DNA from: Candidatus Omnitrophota bacterium
GTDB taxonomy: Bacteria; Omnitrophota; Gorgyraeia; Gygaellales; Profunditerraquicolaceae
DNA length: 64,000 nucleotides
Direction: 5' to 3'
Assembly (NCBI GenBank): GCA_020058085.1
Contig: JAGVER010000003.1
Span: forward strand, 3,708 to 67,707
Shown: positions 19,462 through 29,415 of the stretch, piece after piece
Layout of the letters: each line of letters begins with the position of its first letter
How positions within the stretch are numbered: the first letter of the stretch is position 1
The notes under the pieces: model-generated
Told to the model about the DNA's origin: nothing
Seen by the model: the letters and a program-made list of their open reading frames with translations, nothing else
Database searches by the model: none
Made by a program: the position numbers and the translations under genes

Positions 19462-20719
19462 AAAAATTTCCCTGGTAAATATTGATATTCCTTTGCCTTA
19501 TTCTTCAGCCTTTGAAGGTGAGAGAATTAGCGAAAAAGATCTGCGAGTTGAATTTGGCGGCAAGAAAGGTCTAGCTCTTGAGTTTCTAACTTCAAAAAGC
19601 GAAGACGAAGTAGAAGATGGTAAGATTAAAATAATCGGCCCGGATATCGAACAGCTAGGGCTGGGCGGAAGATCTCTGCCTCTGGCTGTAATCGTTGATG
19701 TTTATGGCCGTAAGATGCAGAAAGATTTTGAGCCGATCCTAGAGCGTCAGATACATCGTTTTGTCAATTGTGCTCAAGGCTTGACGCATACAGGCCAGCG
19801 CCAGATGAATTTGATTAGAGTAAGCCACGAAGCTTATCGTAATGGTTTTAGATTAAAACATATCGGGGTGATATTACACGCAATGCTGCATCAGGAATAT
19901 GGCGCGATTGTAGATAAGGTACAGGTTAGATTATATACTAAGAAGGAAGCTGTTAAGAAACTGCTCATCGCGGCAAAAAAAGTTTTTGATCAGCGCGATG
20001 AACGCCTAAACGGAATGACTGATGAGAGTGTGGATACTTATTATTCCTGTTTGATCTGCCAGTCATTCACGCCAAATCACGTTTGTGTTATTACTCCGGA
20101 GAGAATAGGAATATGCGGGGCATATTCCTGGCTTGATGCCAAGGCTTCTTTTGAAGTTACTCCTACAGGTCCGAATCAGCCTATCTTAAAAGGTAAAGCG
20201 CTTAATAAAAGGCTGGGCCAGTGGAAGAGTGTAAATGAATTTGTGAGCAGTAAATCCAGTAAAGTAATAGAGAAGGTTAGTTTGTATTCCTTGATTAATT
20301 TTCCCCAGTCATCTTGCGGATATTTCGAATGTATTATTGCCATCATTCCTGAAGTTAACGGGGTAATGGTTGCGCATCGTAATTATTCCGGTCTGACTCC
20401 TTCCGGAATGGATTTTGTCGCTCTGGCAGGTTTAGTGGAGAGGGGGGCGCAAACTCCCGGGTTCTTAGGAGCGAGCAAATTATATATATTAAGCAAAAAG
20501 TTTATTTCAGCTGAAGGCGGGTTAAAGCGCTTGGTTTGGATGCCTAAAGAATTAAAGGAATTGTTAGGAGATAAATTGAAGAAAGCCGCCCAAGATATAG
20601 GGGAGCCTGATTTGCTGGAACAGATTGCGGATGAGGGAGTTGCTAACACTTTGGAAGAGCTCGTAAGCTTTGTTAAGAAGGTTAAACACCCGACTATTTT
20701 TATGGAATCGTTAATATAA
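19442..20719 (+). CDS. Acetyl-CoA synthase (AcsB/CdhC)-like protein, short form, with altered Ni-site tripeptide
   Basis: YYSCLICQSFTPNHVCVITPERIGICGAYSWLDAKASFE matches the A-cluster Cys block. It is followed by QSSCGYFEC where the canonical enzyme has Cys-Gly-Cys. Confidence 0.65.
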   Translation: MPGSLFKKISLVNIDIPLPYSSAFEGERISEKDLRVEFGGKKGLALEFLTSKSEDEVEDGKIKIIGPDIEQLGLGGRSLPLAVIVDVYGRKMQKDFEPILERQIHRFVNCAQGLTHTGQRQMNLIRVSHEAYRNGFRLKHIGVILHAMLHQEYGAIVDKVQVRLYTKKEAVKKLLIAAKKVFDQRDERLNGMTDESVDTYYSCLICQSFTPNHVCVITPERIGICGAYSWLDAKASFEVTPTGPNQPILKGKALNKRLGQWKSVNEFVSSKSSKVIEKVSLYSLINFPQSSCGYFECIIAIIPEVNGVMVAHRNYSGLTPSGMDFVALAGLVERGAQTPGFLGASKLYILSKKFISAEGGLKRLVWMPKELKELLGDKLKKAAQDIGEPDLLEQIADEGVANTLEELVSFVKKVKHPTIFMESLI

Positions 20720-20764
20720 TTTCTCTTGACGTAGCTAACTTATAATATATAATAAAAGAAATAG

Positions 20765-21526
20765 ATGCTAACCTCAATTCCCAAAGTAAACTTGAAGAAA
20801 ATAATCTTAAATTTAGTTATTTTTTTTCTTTCCTCAAATCTTTCTGTTTTTGCTCAGGATTTACTCAATCCAGATAAAAAAGAGGAACTTACTGCCTTGC
20901 AGAAGCAAGCGCGGGAATACCGTGATGAAGGCCTTAAAGTACAAGATATGGGTGATTTAGATTCAGCGATGAAGCTCTATCAAAAAGCAATAGAGGTAGA
21001 TCCTGCTTACGCAGTAGCTTATAATGATTTAGGAGTAATCTACGAAACTAAGGATATGGCTGATCGGGCAGAAGAGAGTTATATTAAGGCTATAAAGATT
21101 GACCCTTATTATTTAAGCACTTATTCTAATCTCGCGCTTTTATATGAAGAAAAAAGGGATTTTGGTAAGGCTGCTTATTGTTGGAAGAAGAGAGCTGAAC
21201 TCGGCGATCTTGAAGACCCATGGACTAAAAAGGCAAGAGAGCGTTTGGAAGATATTCGTCTAAGCTTATCTCCACGTCCGGCTCAAGATTCACAGGAAAA
21301 AGACGTGATAAAGCTTATGAAAGATGTTGCTAACGAAAAGTATATGCTAAGTCATGATGATAAATTACTTGCGCGTAAAAATTTTATGAAAGCTAAAGAT
21401 AGTTTTAATAAAGAAGATTATGCAACCGCTGTAAAGAAAGCATCGGATGCCCAGTTTTTAGATCCGGATAATAAAGCTATAGAGGAATTTATCGAAAGAT
21501 CCCAGAATAGGGCATTATCACGATAG
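20765..21526 (+). CDS. Secreted TPR-repeat protein
   Basis: Signal peptide, then TPR repeats (AMKLYQKAIEVDPAYAVAYNDLGVIY..., AEESYIKAIKIDPYYLSTYSNLALLY). Confidence 0.75.
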   Translation: MLTSIPKVNLKKIILNLVIFFLSSNLSVFAQDLLNPDKKEELTALQKQAREYRDEGLKVQDMGDLDSAMKLYQKAIEVDPAYAVAYNDLGVIYETKDMADRAEESYIKAIKIDPYYLSTYSNLALLYEEKRDFGKAAYCWKKRAELGDLEDPWTKKARERLEDIRLSLSPRPAQDSQEKDVIKLMKDVANEKYMLSHDDKLLARKNFMKAKDSFNKEDYATAVKKASDAQFLDPDNKAIEEFIERSQNRALSR

Positions 21527-21576
21527 AAGCTACTTAAATAATCTCCTACCAAAATTGATTTCCAAATTTCTTAGTC

Positions 21577-24114
21577 ATGGATAGTAAAAGGTTATATCTA
21601 TTAGATGCTACGGCTTTTTGTTATAGGGCGTTTTATGCAGTTAGAGGATTGAGCACTTCTTTCGGCCAGCCCACAGGAGCCATATATGGGTTCGTAAATA
21701 TTTTAAATAAAATCATTAAGGATAATAAGCCTAAGTATCTGGCTGTTTGTTTTGATGTTTCCCGTGATACCTTTAGGTCTAAGATTTTTGCTGAGTATAA
21801 GATCCAGCGTCCGCCTATGCCAGATGATCTTTCCAGCCAGATTCCCTTGATTAAAGAGATAGTCTCTGCTTACGGTTTCTCCATTATTGAAAAAGAAGGG
21901 TTTGAAGCAGATGATATTATTGCTAATTTTGCCAAACGCGCTAAGGTTTCTAATGTCCCTGTAACTATTGTAAGTTCTGATAAGGATATACTGCAATTGG
22001 TAAGCGATGATATTGAGGTATTTAGCCCCTATAAAGATGCCGGTGTAACTTATGATGCAGATATGGTAGAGAAGCGTTTTGGGGTTAAGCCTAACCAAGT
22101 AGCGGATGTTATAAGCCTTATGGGAGATAACGCGGATAATATTCCTGGGATTCCCGGAATCGGAGAAAAAACCGCACTGGGGTTAATTAAGAAATTCGGC
22201 TCTTTGAATAATTTACTGAAAAATATCGAAAAGATAGATAAGGAGAAGTTGAGGCAGACAATAGAAGATAACCAAGATAAGATTAAGTTAAATAATGATT
22301 TAGTGGTTTTATCGGGCGATTTAGAGATAGATTTTAATTTAAAGAGCCTAGAGATAGGCAGCCCGGATTTACTTAAACTGGCGAATCTATTCAAACGTTT
22401 GGAATTTAAAAAGTTTTTAACGGGTTTAGGCTTGAAAGAAGATGCTAACCTCAAGATAGATATGGAAGAATGTAAAGATAGCGATTTAGGCAAGATTTTT
22501 AAAGCCGGGGATGAGATGTGTATTTTTGTAGAGAGACCGGACAACATATTTTTTTATTCCGAAGGGAGAATCATGCATCTTGATAAGGTTGGGGAACATT
22601 TTAAGAGCGCCCTATCAAATCCTAAGATTAAAAAGATTAGCCATGATTTAAAAAGGTGTAAGGTTGTATTATCCAAAGATTCCATACTTTTTGATGGTCT
22701 ATATTTTGATACAATGATTGCCGCTCATCTGTTGAATCCTTCGCAACCCGGATATGCTTTGGAGAGCCTGGCCTTAGGATATCTGGATAAGATACCTCAT
22801 GGTAGAGATATCAGCCCTCAAGAAGGCCTTACTTTGATTAAAGAGTTAAAGCCAAAGCTGGAGAAGTTGTTAAAGGAGAAAATGCTTCTTAATTTATTTA
22901 CTGATACCGAGATGCCTTTGGCAAATGTTTTAGCAGAGATGGAGCTTTGCGGGATAAAGCTGGATTTAAAATTATTAGCTTCTCTCTCTAAAGATTTAGA
23001 AAAGAAACTTAATGCATTAATCCGGGATATATATGATTTAAGCGGCTCGGAATTTAATATTAATTCTCCTAAGCAACTAAGGGTAATTTTATTTGATAAT
23101 CTTAAGCTTCCGGTAGTTAAAAAGACTAAAACCGGGCCTTCTACAGACGAAGAAGTCTTAAATAAATTAGCAACTAAACATAAACTCCCGGCATTATTAT
23201 TAGAATATCGTCAGCTTACAAAACTAAAAACAACATATGTTGATGCTCTTCCTGAGTTAGTTGATCAGAAGACAGGTAAGGTGCATACTTCTTTTAACCA
23301 ATGCGCTACAGAGACCGGCAGGCTTAGCTCTAGTAATCCAAACCTGCAGAATATACCAATTAAAACTGATATTGGCAGGAATATAAGGCGCGCGATAGTC
23401 GCTTCTAGTAAAGAGAATCTGTTTATATCTTGCGATTATTCCCAGGTAGAGTTAAGGATGTTGGCTCATTTATCTAAAGATGAGAATTTGATAACTGCAT
23501 TTATCGCCGGCCACGATATACATAAGATTACTGCCAGCCTTATCTATGGGATAGAGGAAAAAGAGGTGAATAATGAAATGCGCAATACAGCTAAAAGAGT
23601 GAATTTCGGAATTGTCTACGGTCTTACCTCTTTTGGTTTGAGCCGGGATTTAAACATTCCGCTTGATGAAGCGCAGGCTTTTATTGATGCGTATTTTACA
23701 CGCTACCCCAGGGTTAAGGAGTATATTGAAAGCGAGATAAAAAAAGCCCAGAATGACGGTTATGTTACTACTATATTAGGCAGGAGACGGTATATCTCAG
23801 AGATTAATAGTAAAAATATGGCAGTACGCCAATTCGCCCAGCGTCAAGCGGTAAATACACCTATCCAGGGGTCAGCCTCTGATTTGATTAAATTAGCGAT
23901 GATTAATATCCATAATGAGATTAAAGAGAAGGGTTTGAAGTCAAGAATGGTCTTACAAATCCACGATGAACTATTATTTGATTTACCTAAAGATGAGTTA
24001 TCGCTTTTAGTTAATTTAGTGCGTGAAAGAATGGAAAAAGTTTTGAAACTCGACGTGCCAATTACCGTAGATATAAAAAAGGGCCATAATTGGCTGGAGA
24101 TGGAGGAAGTATGA
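21577..24114 (+). CDS. polA: DNA polymerase I
   Basis: A 5'-nuclease N-terminus, then pol motifs DYSQVELRMLAH, RRxAKxxNFGxxYG-like AKRVNFGIVYG, and QIHDELLF. Confidence 0.95.
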   Translation: MDSKRLYLLDATAFCYRAFYAVRGLSTSFGQPTGAIYGFVNILNKIIKDNKPKYLAVCFDVSRDTFRSKIFAEYKIQRPPMPDDLSSQIPLIKEIVSAYGFSIIEKEGFEADDIIANFAKRAKVSNVPVTIVSSDKDILQLVSDDIEVFSPYKDAGVTYDADMVEKRFGVKPNQVADVISLMGDNADNIPGIPGIGEKTALGLIKKFGSLNNLLKNIEKIDKEKLRQTIEDNQDKIKLNNDLVVLSGDLEIDFNLKSLEIGSPDLLKLANLFKRLEFKKFLTGLGLKEDANLKIDMEECKDSDLGKIFKAGDEMCIFVERPDNIFFYSEGRIMHLDKVGEHFKSALSNPKIKKISHDLKRCKVVLSKDSILFDGLYFDTMIAAHLLNPSQPGYALESLALGYLDKIPHGRDISPQEGLTLIKELKPKLEKLLKEKMLLNLFTDTEMPLANVLAEMELCGIKLDLKLLASLSKDLEKKLNALIRDIYDLSGSEFNINSPKQLRVILFDNLKLPVVKKTKTGPSTDEEVLNKLATKHKLPALLLEYRQLTKLKTTYVDALPELVDQKTGKVHTSFNQCATETGRLSSSNPNLQNIPIKTDIGRNIRRAIVASSKENLFISCDYSQVELRMLAHLSKDENLITAFIAGHDIHKITASLIYGIEEKEVNNEMRNTAKRVNFGIVYGLTSFGLSRDLNIPLDEAQAFIDAYFTRYPRVKEYIESEIKKAQNDGYVTTILGRRRYISEINSKNMAVRQFAQRQAVNTPIQGSASDLIKLAMINIHNEIKEKGLKSRMVLQIHDELLFDLPKDELSLLVNLVRERMEKVLKLDVPITVDIKKGHNWLEMEEV

Positions 24115-25499
24115 AGATAGTAATTTGCGCTTCCGAGGTGGTTCCTTTTGCTAAGACCGGGGGTTTGGCGGATGTAGCTGGGGCGCTGCCGTTAGCTTTA
24201 GAAAAAGAGAAGCAGGAAGTTATTATTATCCTGCCGCGCTATAAAGCAGTGGATGGCGCTAAATTCAATCTCAAGAAACTAAATGCCGAGATCTCTTATT
24301 GTGGGATTGGGAATAATACGAAAGTTTATTTTATTGAAAACGAAAAGTATTTTAATCGAGAAGGATTATATGGAAATAAGGACGGTGACCATAAAGATAA
24401 CTTGGATCGCTTTGCTTATTATTGCCGTAGGTCGCTGCGCCTCTTAAAGGAGATAAATTTTAAGCCGGATATTATCCATTGTCATGATTGGCAATCTTCT
24501 TTAATTCCGGTATATTTGAAGACAATCTATGCTAATGATCAGTTTTATAAGAAAATACGCACGGTTTTAACCATACATAATATTGGATATCAGGGTATTT
24601 TCCCAAAGGATGAATTCTTGAAGCTCGGGCTTGACTGGAGCTTGTTTGATATGGAGGGATTAGAGTTTTATGGCCAGGTCAACATCTTAAAAGGCGGTAT
24701 GGTTTTTGCTGATCTTATTAATACTGTAAGCCCTACATATGCCAAAGAGATAGAGACTAAAGAATTCGGTTTTGGCCTTGAAGGTGTATTAGATAAACGC
24801 CGGGGTTCAGTCTTTGGCATATTAAACGGATTGGATTATGATACCTGGAATCCCCAAACCGATAAATTTATCGCTAAAAATTTTTCTGCTCTGGACCCGG
24901 GTGGGAAGAGAAAAGATAAGGAAGCTCTTCAGGTTGCCTGTAATTTACACAAGGCTAAAAATCTCCCGCTATTTGGTATTGTCTCAAGGTTGGCGGAGCA
25001 GAAGGGTTTTGATATTCTAGCCGAAGGGATTGATGAGATATGTAAGATGGGCATTCAGATGGTAATCCTGGGAACAGGGGATATTAAATACCATCAGATT
25101 CTTGAGAATATAGTAAAGAAGTACCCGAAAGTAATCTCTCTGAATCTTAGATTTGATGATCCTTTGGCACATAAGATTTATGCTGGTTCAGATATTTTTC
25201 TTATGCCATCTAAATATGAGCCTTGCGGACTCGGCCAGCTAATAGCTTTAAGGTATGGAACCATACCGCTTGTTTTTAAGACTGGGGGGTTAGCCGATAC
25301 GGTAAATTCATCTAATGGTTTTGTTTTTGATTCTTACAGTAGGATTGGCCTAATTAAGACGATTAAAAAGGCAAGCGCAGTTTTTTCTGATAGTAAAAAA
25401 TGGGACGTTTTGATATCACGGGCAATGAAATGTAATTTTTCTTGGGCTGCATCTGCTAGGAAGTATTTGGAGCTTTATGTTAAGGCAAAAGAAGGCTAA
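24111..25499 (+). CDS. glgA: Glycogen/starch synthase (ATG 24111 overlaps the polA stop as ATGA)
   Basis: MKIVICASEVVPFAKTGGLADV, a GT5 N-terminus, and a C-terminal PSKYEPCGLGQL motif. Confidence 0.9.
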   Translation: MKIVICASEVVPFAKTGGLADVAGALPLALEKEKQEVIIILPRYKAVDGAKFNLKKLNAEISYCGIGNNTKVYFIENEKYFNREGLYGNKDGDHKDNLDRFAYYCRRSLRLLKEINFKPDIIHCHDWQSSLIPVYLKTIYANDQFYKKIRTVLTIHNIGYQGIFPKDEFLKLGLDWSLFDMEGLEFYGQVNILKGGMVFADLINTVSPTYAKEIETKEFGFGLEGVLDKRRGSVFGILNGLDYDTWNPQTDKFIAKNFSALDPGGKRKDKEALQVACNLHKAKNLPLFGIVSRLAEQKGFDILAEGIDEICKMGIQMVILGTGDIKYHQILENIVKKYPKVISLNLRFDDPLAHKIYAGSDIFLMPSKYEPCGLGQLIALRYGTIPLVFKTGGLADTVNSSNGFVFDSYSRIGLIKTIKKASAVFSDSKKWDVLISRAMKCNFSWAASARKYLELYVKAKEG

Positions 25500-26100
25500 G
25501 AAACTTGTTATTGGCGTAACCGGAATTTTTGGCAGCGGAAAAAGCACAGTCTCCGGTATACTCAAGTCTTACGGTTTAAAGATCATAGATGCTGATAAAA
25601 TAGCGCATAACTATCTTTTACCCGGGACTAGGACTTATAAAAAGATACTGGATTATTTTGGGAGAGGTATTCTCAAAAAAGATAATAAGATCGACCGGCA
25701 AAAACTTGGAAAGCTGGTCTTTGCTAATCAAAGACTGCTCAAGAGGTTGAATAGTATCGTACATCCCGAAGTAATTTCTGATATCAGAGAGGGTATTAGA
25801 AAATCAAAGGAAAAGATAGTTGTTTTAGACGCGCCTTTGTTACTCGAATCGGGATTAAGAAAGATAGTAGATGATTTGATTGTGGTAATAATAAAAAGAG
25901 ATGAGTTGATGAGGAGGTTAGCAAAAAAGTCTGTTTTAAAGAGGCCAGAGATCCTAGAGAGAATAAAATCTCAAATTCCGCAAAAAGTGAAGTCACGATT
26001 TGCGAATTTTATCATAGATAACAGTGGTAAGGTTAGCGAGACAAAGAGGCAGGTAAAAAAAGTGATGAAAAAAATTGAGGAGGGTATGTGGAGAAATTAG
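25477..26100 (+). CDS. coaE: Dephospho-CoA kinase
   Basis: [15 protein letters not shown]-loop, IDADKIAH and VHPEV. Confidence 0.85.
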   Translation: MLRQKKAKKLVIGVTGIFGSGKSTVSGILKSYGLKIIDADKIAHNYLLPGTRTYKKILDYFGRGILKKDNKIDRQKLGKLVFANQRLLKRLNSIVHPEVISDIREGIRKSKEKIVVLDAPLLLESGLRKIVDDLIVVIIKRDELMRRLAKKSVLKRPEILERIKSQIPQKVKSRFANFIIDNSGKVSETKRQVKKVMKKIEEGMWRN

Positions 26101-27344
26101 AGATTAAGAATTTGAAAGATATGAAGATTACCGAATTAAACAAGTTGGCTAAGGAGCTTAATGCTAACGGGACAAGCGGATTAAAGAAGCAGGATTTAAT
26201 TTTTAAAATCCTGCAGGCTCAGGCGGAGAAAGAGGGCCTTATGTTTGGCGAGGGAGTTTTGGAGATTCTTCCCGAAGGCTTTGGTTTTTTAAGAAGCCCG
26301 AATTATAATTATTTGCCTTGCCCCGACGATATCTATATCTCCCCTTCACAAATAAGGAAATTCGACTTAAGAACAGGGGATACTGTTTCAGGGCAGATCC
26401 GTCCGCCGAAAGAAGGGGAAAAATATTTCGCCCTGCTTAAGGTTGAAGCGGTAAACTTTGAGAACCCGGATGACCTTAAAGAAAAGGTGCTTTTTGATAA
26501 TCTCACTCCGGTTTATCCGCATGATGCTTTTGGCCTTGAAACTAAGCCGGATGAAGTATCTATGAGGGTTATGAATTTGCTTGCTCCGATAGGTAAAGGT
26601 CAGCGTGGTTTAATTGTTGCCCAGCCCTATAGCGGGAAAACTGTACTTCTGCAGAAGATCGCCAATGCCATAACTACAAATAATCCGGATGTAATCCTAA
26701 TTGTACTTTTAATTGATGAGCGCCCGGAAGAAGTTACAGATATGCAACGGCATGTCAAGGGAGAGGTTATCTCTTCTACATTTGATGAACCTCCGGAGAG
26801 ACATGTACAGGTAGCTGAAATTGTATTGGAGAAAGCTAAAAGGTTGGTTGAGCATAAGCGTGATGTAGTCGTTTTGTTAGATAGTATAACGCGACTCGCC
26901 CGCGCCTACAATTCAGTTGTTCCGCATAGCGGCAAGGTTCTTTCAGGCGGAGTTGATTCTAACGCTCTGCAGAAACCTAAGAGATTTTTTGGAGCAGCGC
27001 GAGCGGTTGAAGAAGGCGGGAGCCTGACAATTATTGCTACGGCGCTGGTCGATACCGGAAGCCGTATGGATGAGGTTATCTTCGAAGAATTTAAGGGCAC
27101 AGGAAATATGGAGACCCAGCTCGATAGAAACTTATTCCAGCGTAGAATTTATCCGGCTATTGATATTAAACGCTCGAATACCCGGCATGAAGAGCTTCTG
27201 GTTAAACCGGATGTATTGCAGAAGACTTGGATCTTGAGGAAAGTGCTTAATGAATTAAATAATGTTGAGGCAATGGAACTTTTAGTCGGTAAACTTAGTA
27301 AGACCAAGAACAATGAAGAGTTTTTAAATAGTATGAATCAATAA
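26088..27344 (+). CDS. rho: Transcription termination factor Rho
   Basis: N-terminal Rho_N ([16 protein letters not shown]), a cold-shock-like RNA-binding domain, a [11 protein letters not shown]-loop and [11 protein letters not shown]. Confidence 0.95.
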   Translation: MEKLEIKNLKDMKITELNKLAKELNANGTSGLKKQDLIFKILQAQAEKEGLMFGEGVLEILPEGFGFLRSPNYNYLPCPDDIYISPSQIRKFDLRTGDTVSGQIRPPKEGEKYFALLKVEAVNFENPDDLKEKVLFDNLTPVYPHDAFGLETKPDEVSMRVMNLLAPIGKGQRGLIVAQPYSGKTVLLQKIANAITTNNPDVILIVLLIDERPEEVTDMQRHVKGEVISSTFDEPPERHVQVAEIVLEKAKRLVEHKRDVVVLLDSITRLARAYNSVVPHSGKVLSGGVDSNALQKPKRFFGAARAVEEGGSLTIIATALVDTGSRMDEVIFEEFKGTGNMETQLDRNLFQRRIYPAIDIKRSNTRHEELLVKPDVLQKTWILRKVLNELNNVEAMELLVGKLSKTKNNEEFLNSMNQ

Positions 27345-27359
27345 TGAGGAGAAAAGAAA

Positions 27360-27560
27360 ATGAAAGACAAAGTACACCCTGAATACAAAGAAAGCACAAT
27401 TGTTTGTGCTTGTGGAGAGACAATTCATACCCGCTCGACTCGTCCAAGCATAAGAGTTGAGATTTGTTCTAAGTGTCATCCGTTTTTTACAGGAAAACAG
27501 AAATTCGTAGATTCTGCCGGGCGCGTGGAAAAGTTTATAAAGAAATTCGGGAAAAAATAA
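27360..27560 (+). CDS. rpmE: Ribosomal protein L31
   Basis: MKDKVHPEY...CxC...[13 protein letters not shown] is the L31 signature. Confidence 0.95.
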   Translation: MKDKVHPEYKESTIVCACGETIHTRSTRPSIRVEICSKCHPFFTGKQKFVDSAGRVEKFIKKFGKK

Positions 27561-27580
27561 TAGAGAATCAATAATCAAAA

Positions 27581-28642
27581 ATGTTTGAGCAATTACAAAG
27601 ACTGGAAGACCGCTATAATGAACTGGAGCAACTTTTAAGTTCATTCGAAGTATTCTCTGACCGTGAAAGATCGAATAATTTAGCCAGAGAGCTCTCCGGA
27701 ATTAAAGAGCCGGTAAGTTTATTCCGGGCATATAAAAAAGTGTTAAAGGAGGTATCTGACCTTAGAGGAGTGCTTGAGGAAAAACATGATCAAGAATTCA
27801 TCGACTTGGCAAATAATGAACTTAGAGAACTCGAATCAAAAGAAAAGGAAATAGAAGGAAAGTTAAAAAAAGCTCTTACCCAAGAAGATAAAGATGCTGA
27901 TCGCGACGTTATTCTAGAGATTAGGCAGGGTACCGGAGGAGATGAGGCTGGCTTGTTTGCCGCTGATCTCTATCGTATGTATACTAAGTATGCTGCGAAC
28001 AAAGGCTGGACAACAGAACTTATGTCAGCGACTGATAATGAGTCCGGCGGGCTTAAAGAAGTATCTTTTGCGGTAAAAGGTAAGGATGTTTACAGAAGGT
28101 TTAGATTTGAGAGTGGGGTGCATCGGGTGCAGCGTGTTCCTACAACCGAAGCGCAAGGTAGGATTCATACTTCTACTGCTACAGTTGCGGTCTTAATGGA
28201 ACCTGAAGAAGTGGATTTAACTATTGATCCCGGAGATTTGAGGATAGATACATATCGCTCCAGCGGCCCTGGAGGCCAGCATATGCAAAAGACCGATTCT
28301 GCGGTAAGGATAACGCATATACCTACGGGTGTTGTAGTTGCTTGTCAGGATGAACGTTCTCAATTAAAAAATAAGAATAAAGCAATGCGAATCTTGCGCG
28401 CCAAAATTTTAGACGCTAGAATAGAAGCAGAATCTAAAAAGATGTCGCAGGAGAGGAAGTCTCAAGTCGGTTCAGGCGACCGTAGCGAAAAGATACGTAC
28501 TTATAATTTTCCGGATAGGCGAATTACCGACCACCGTATAAACTTTACTACGCATAGCTTAGAAGCTGTGCTTGAAGGTGAATTTGATGAGATCTCCGAT
28601 GCGCTGATAAAGGCAGCTGCTGAAGCCGCAGAGAAAATATAA
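27581..28642 (+). CDS. prfA: Peptide chain release factor 1
   Basis: GGQ motif (SSGPGGQHMQKTDSAVRITHIPTG) and an RF1-type PxT region (RVQRVPTTEAQGRIHTS). Confidence 0.95.
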   Translation: MFEQLQRLEDRYNELEQLLSSFEVFSDRERSNNLARELSGIKEPVSLFRAYKKVLKEVSDLRGVLEEKHDQEFIDLANNELRELESKEKEIEGKLKKALTQEDKDADRDVILEIRQGTGGDEAGLFAADLYRMYTKYAANKGWTTELMSATDNESGGLKEVSFAVKGKDVYRRFRFESGVHRVQRVPTTEAQGRIHTSTATVAVLMEPEEVDLTIDPGDLRIDTYRSSGPGGQHMQKTDSAVRITHIPTGVVVACQDERSQLKNKNKAMRILRAKILDARIEAESKKMSQERKSQVGSGDRSEKIRTYNFPDRRITDHRINFTTHSLEAVLEGEFDEISDALIKAAAEAAEKI

Positions 28643-29415
28643 TGATTGAATCAGAGCTATTATTTACCCAGGTTTTAGGTTGTGATAGGGTATCTTTATA
28701 TCTCAATAAAGATAAGCGTTTAACTTCTGATCAGGCTAGGTTCATCTCTTCTTCGCTGGAAAAAAGAATTAAAGGCGAGCCTTTACAGTATATTCTCGGT
28801 AAGACAGAATTTATGGGTTTAGAATTCAGGGTAAATAAGAAGGTGCTTATCCCTCGGCCGGAGACCGAAACTTTAGTTGAGGCTGCGATTAAATACGCTA
28901 AAGGTAAAAAGATTTTAGATTTAGGTACTGGTTCAGGTTGCATCGCGGTATCTATAGCCAAGAAATCACCCGGTAGCGATGTAACGGCCGTGGATATATC
29001 AAAAGACGCACTTGATATAGCTAAAGAGAACGCTGAGCTTAACAGGGTTAAAGTTAGGTTTTTACGTACTAAATTGTTTAAAGGCTTATTAACAAAGTAT
29101 GATCTTATTATAAGTAATCCACCCTATATTCCTCGTGATCAAATCAGGTCTCTTCAGCCTGAATTAAAATATGAGCCGTTTATTGCTTTGGATGGAGGAA
29201 ACGACGGGTTAGCATTCTATAGGAAGATAATTAAGGAGGCTCCGGATTATTTAAAAGATAACGGAATTTTGATTATGGAGATGGGTTTTAATCAAAGAAA
29301 ATGGATAGAGGGCATTCTTCGTAGGGTTAAGCATTTTAATATCATAGAGGTAATCAAAGATTATAATAATATAGATAGAGTAATCGTAGTACAGAAAGGT
29401 AGAAGAAATGGATAA
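28642..29415 (+). CDS. prmC: Release factor glutamine N5-methyltransferase (HemK/PrmC)
   Basis: SAM motif ILDLGTGSGCIA and catalytic NPPY (IISNPPYIP). The gene lies directly after prfA. Confidence 0.9.
   Translation: MIESELLFTQVLGCDRVSLYLNKDKRLTSDQARFISSSLEKRIKGEPLQYILGKTEFMGLEFRVNKKVLIPRPETETLVEAAIKYAKGKKILDLGTGSGCIAVSIAKKSPGSDVTAVDISKDALDIAKENAELNRVKVRFLRTKLFKGLLTKYDLIISNPPYIPRDQIRSLQPELKYEPFIALDGGNDGLAFYRKIIKEAPDYLKDNGILIMEMGFNQRKWIEGILRRVKHFNIIEVIKDYNNIDRVIVVQKGRRNG

Noticed and set aside
27324-27644. 106-aa minus-strand ORF across rpmE and the prfA start. Similar antisense or alternate-frame ORFs occur throughout, e.g. 642-866, 2851-3168, 13172-13414, 21703-22547, 29251-29631 and 35352-35785.
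   Set aside because: Each is nested in, or antisense to, a well-supported conserved gene. They are typical AT-rich shadow ORFs.
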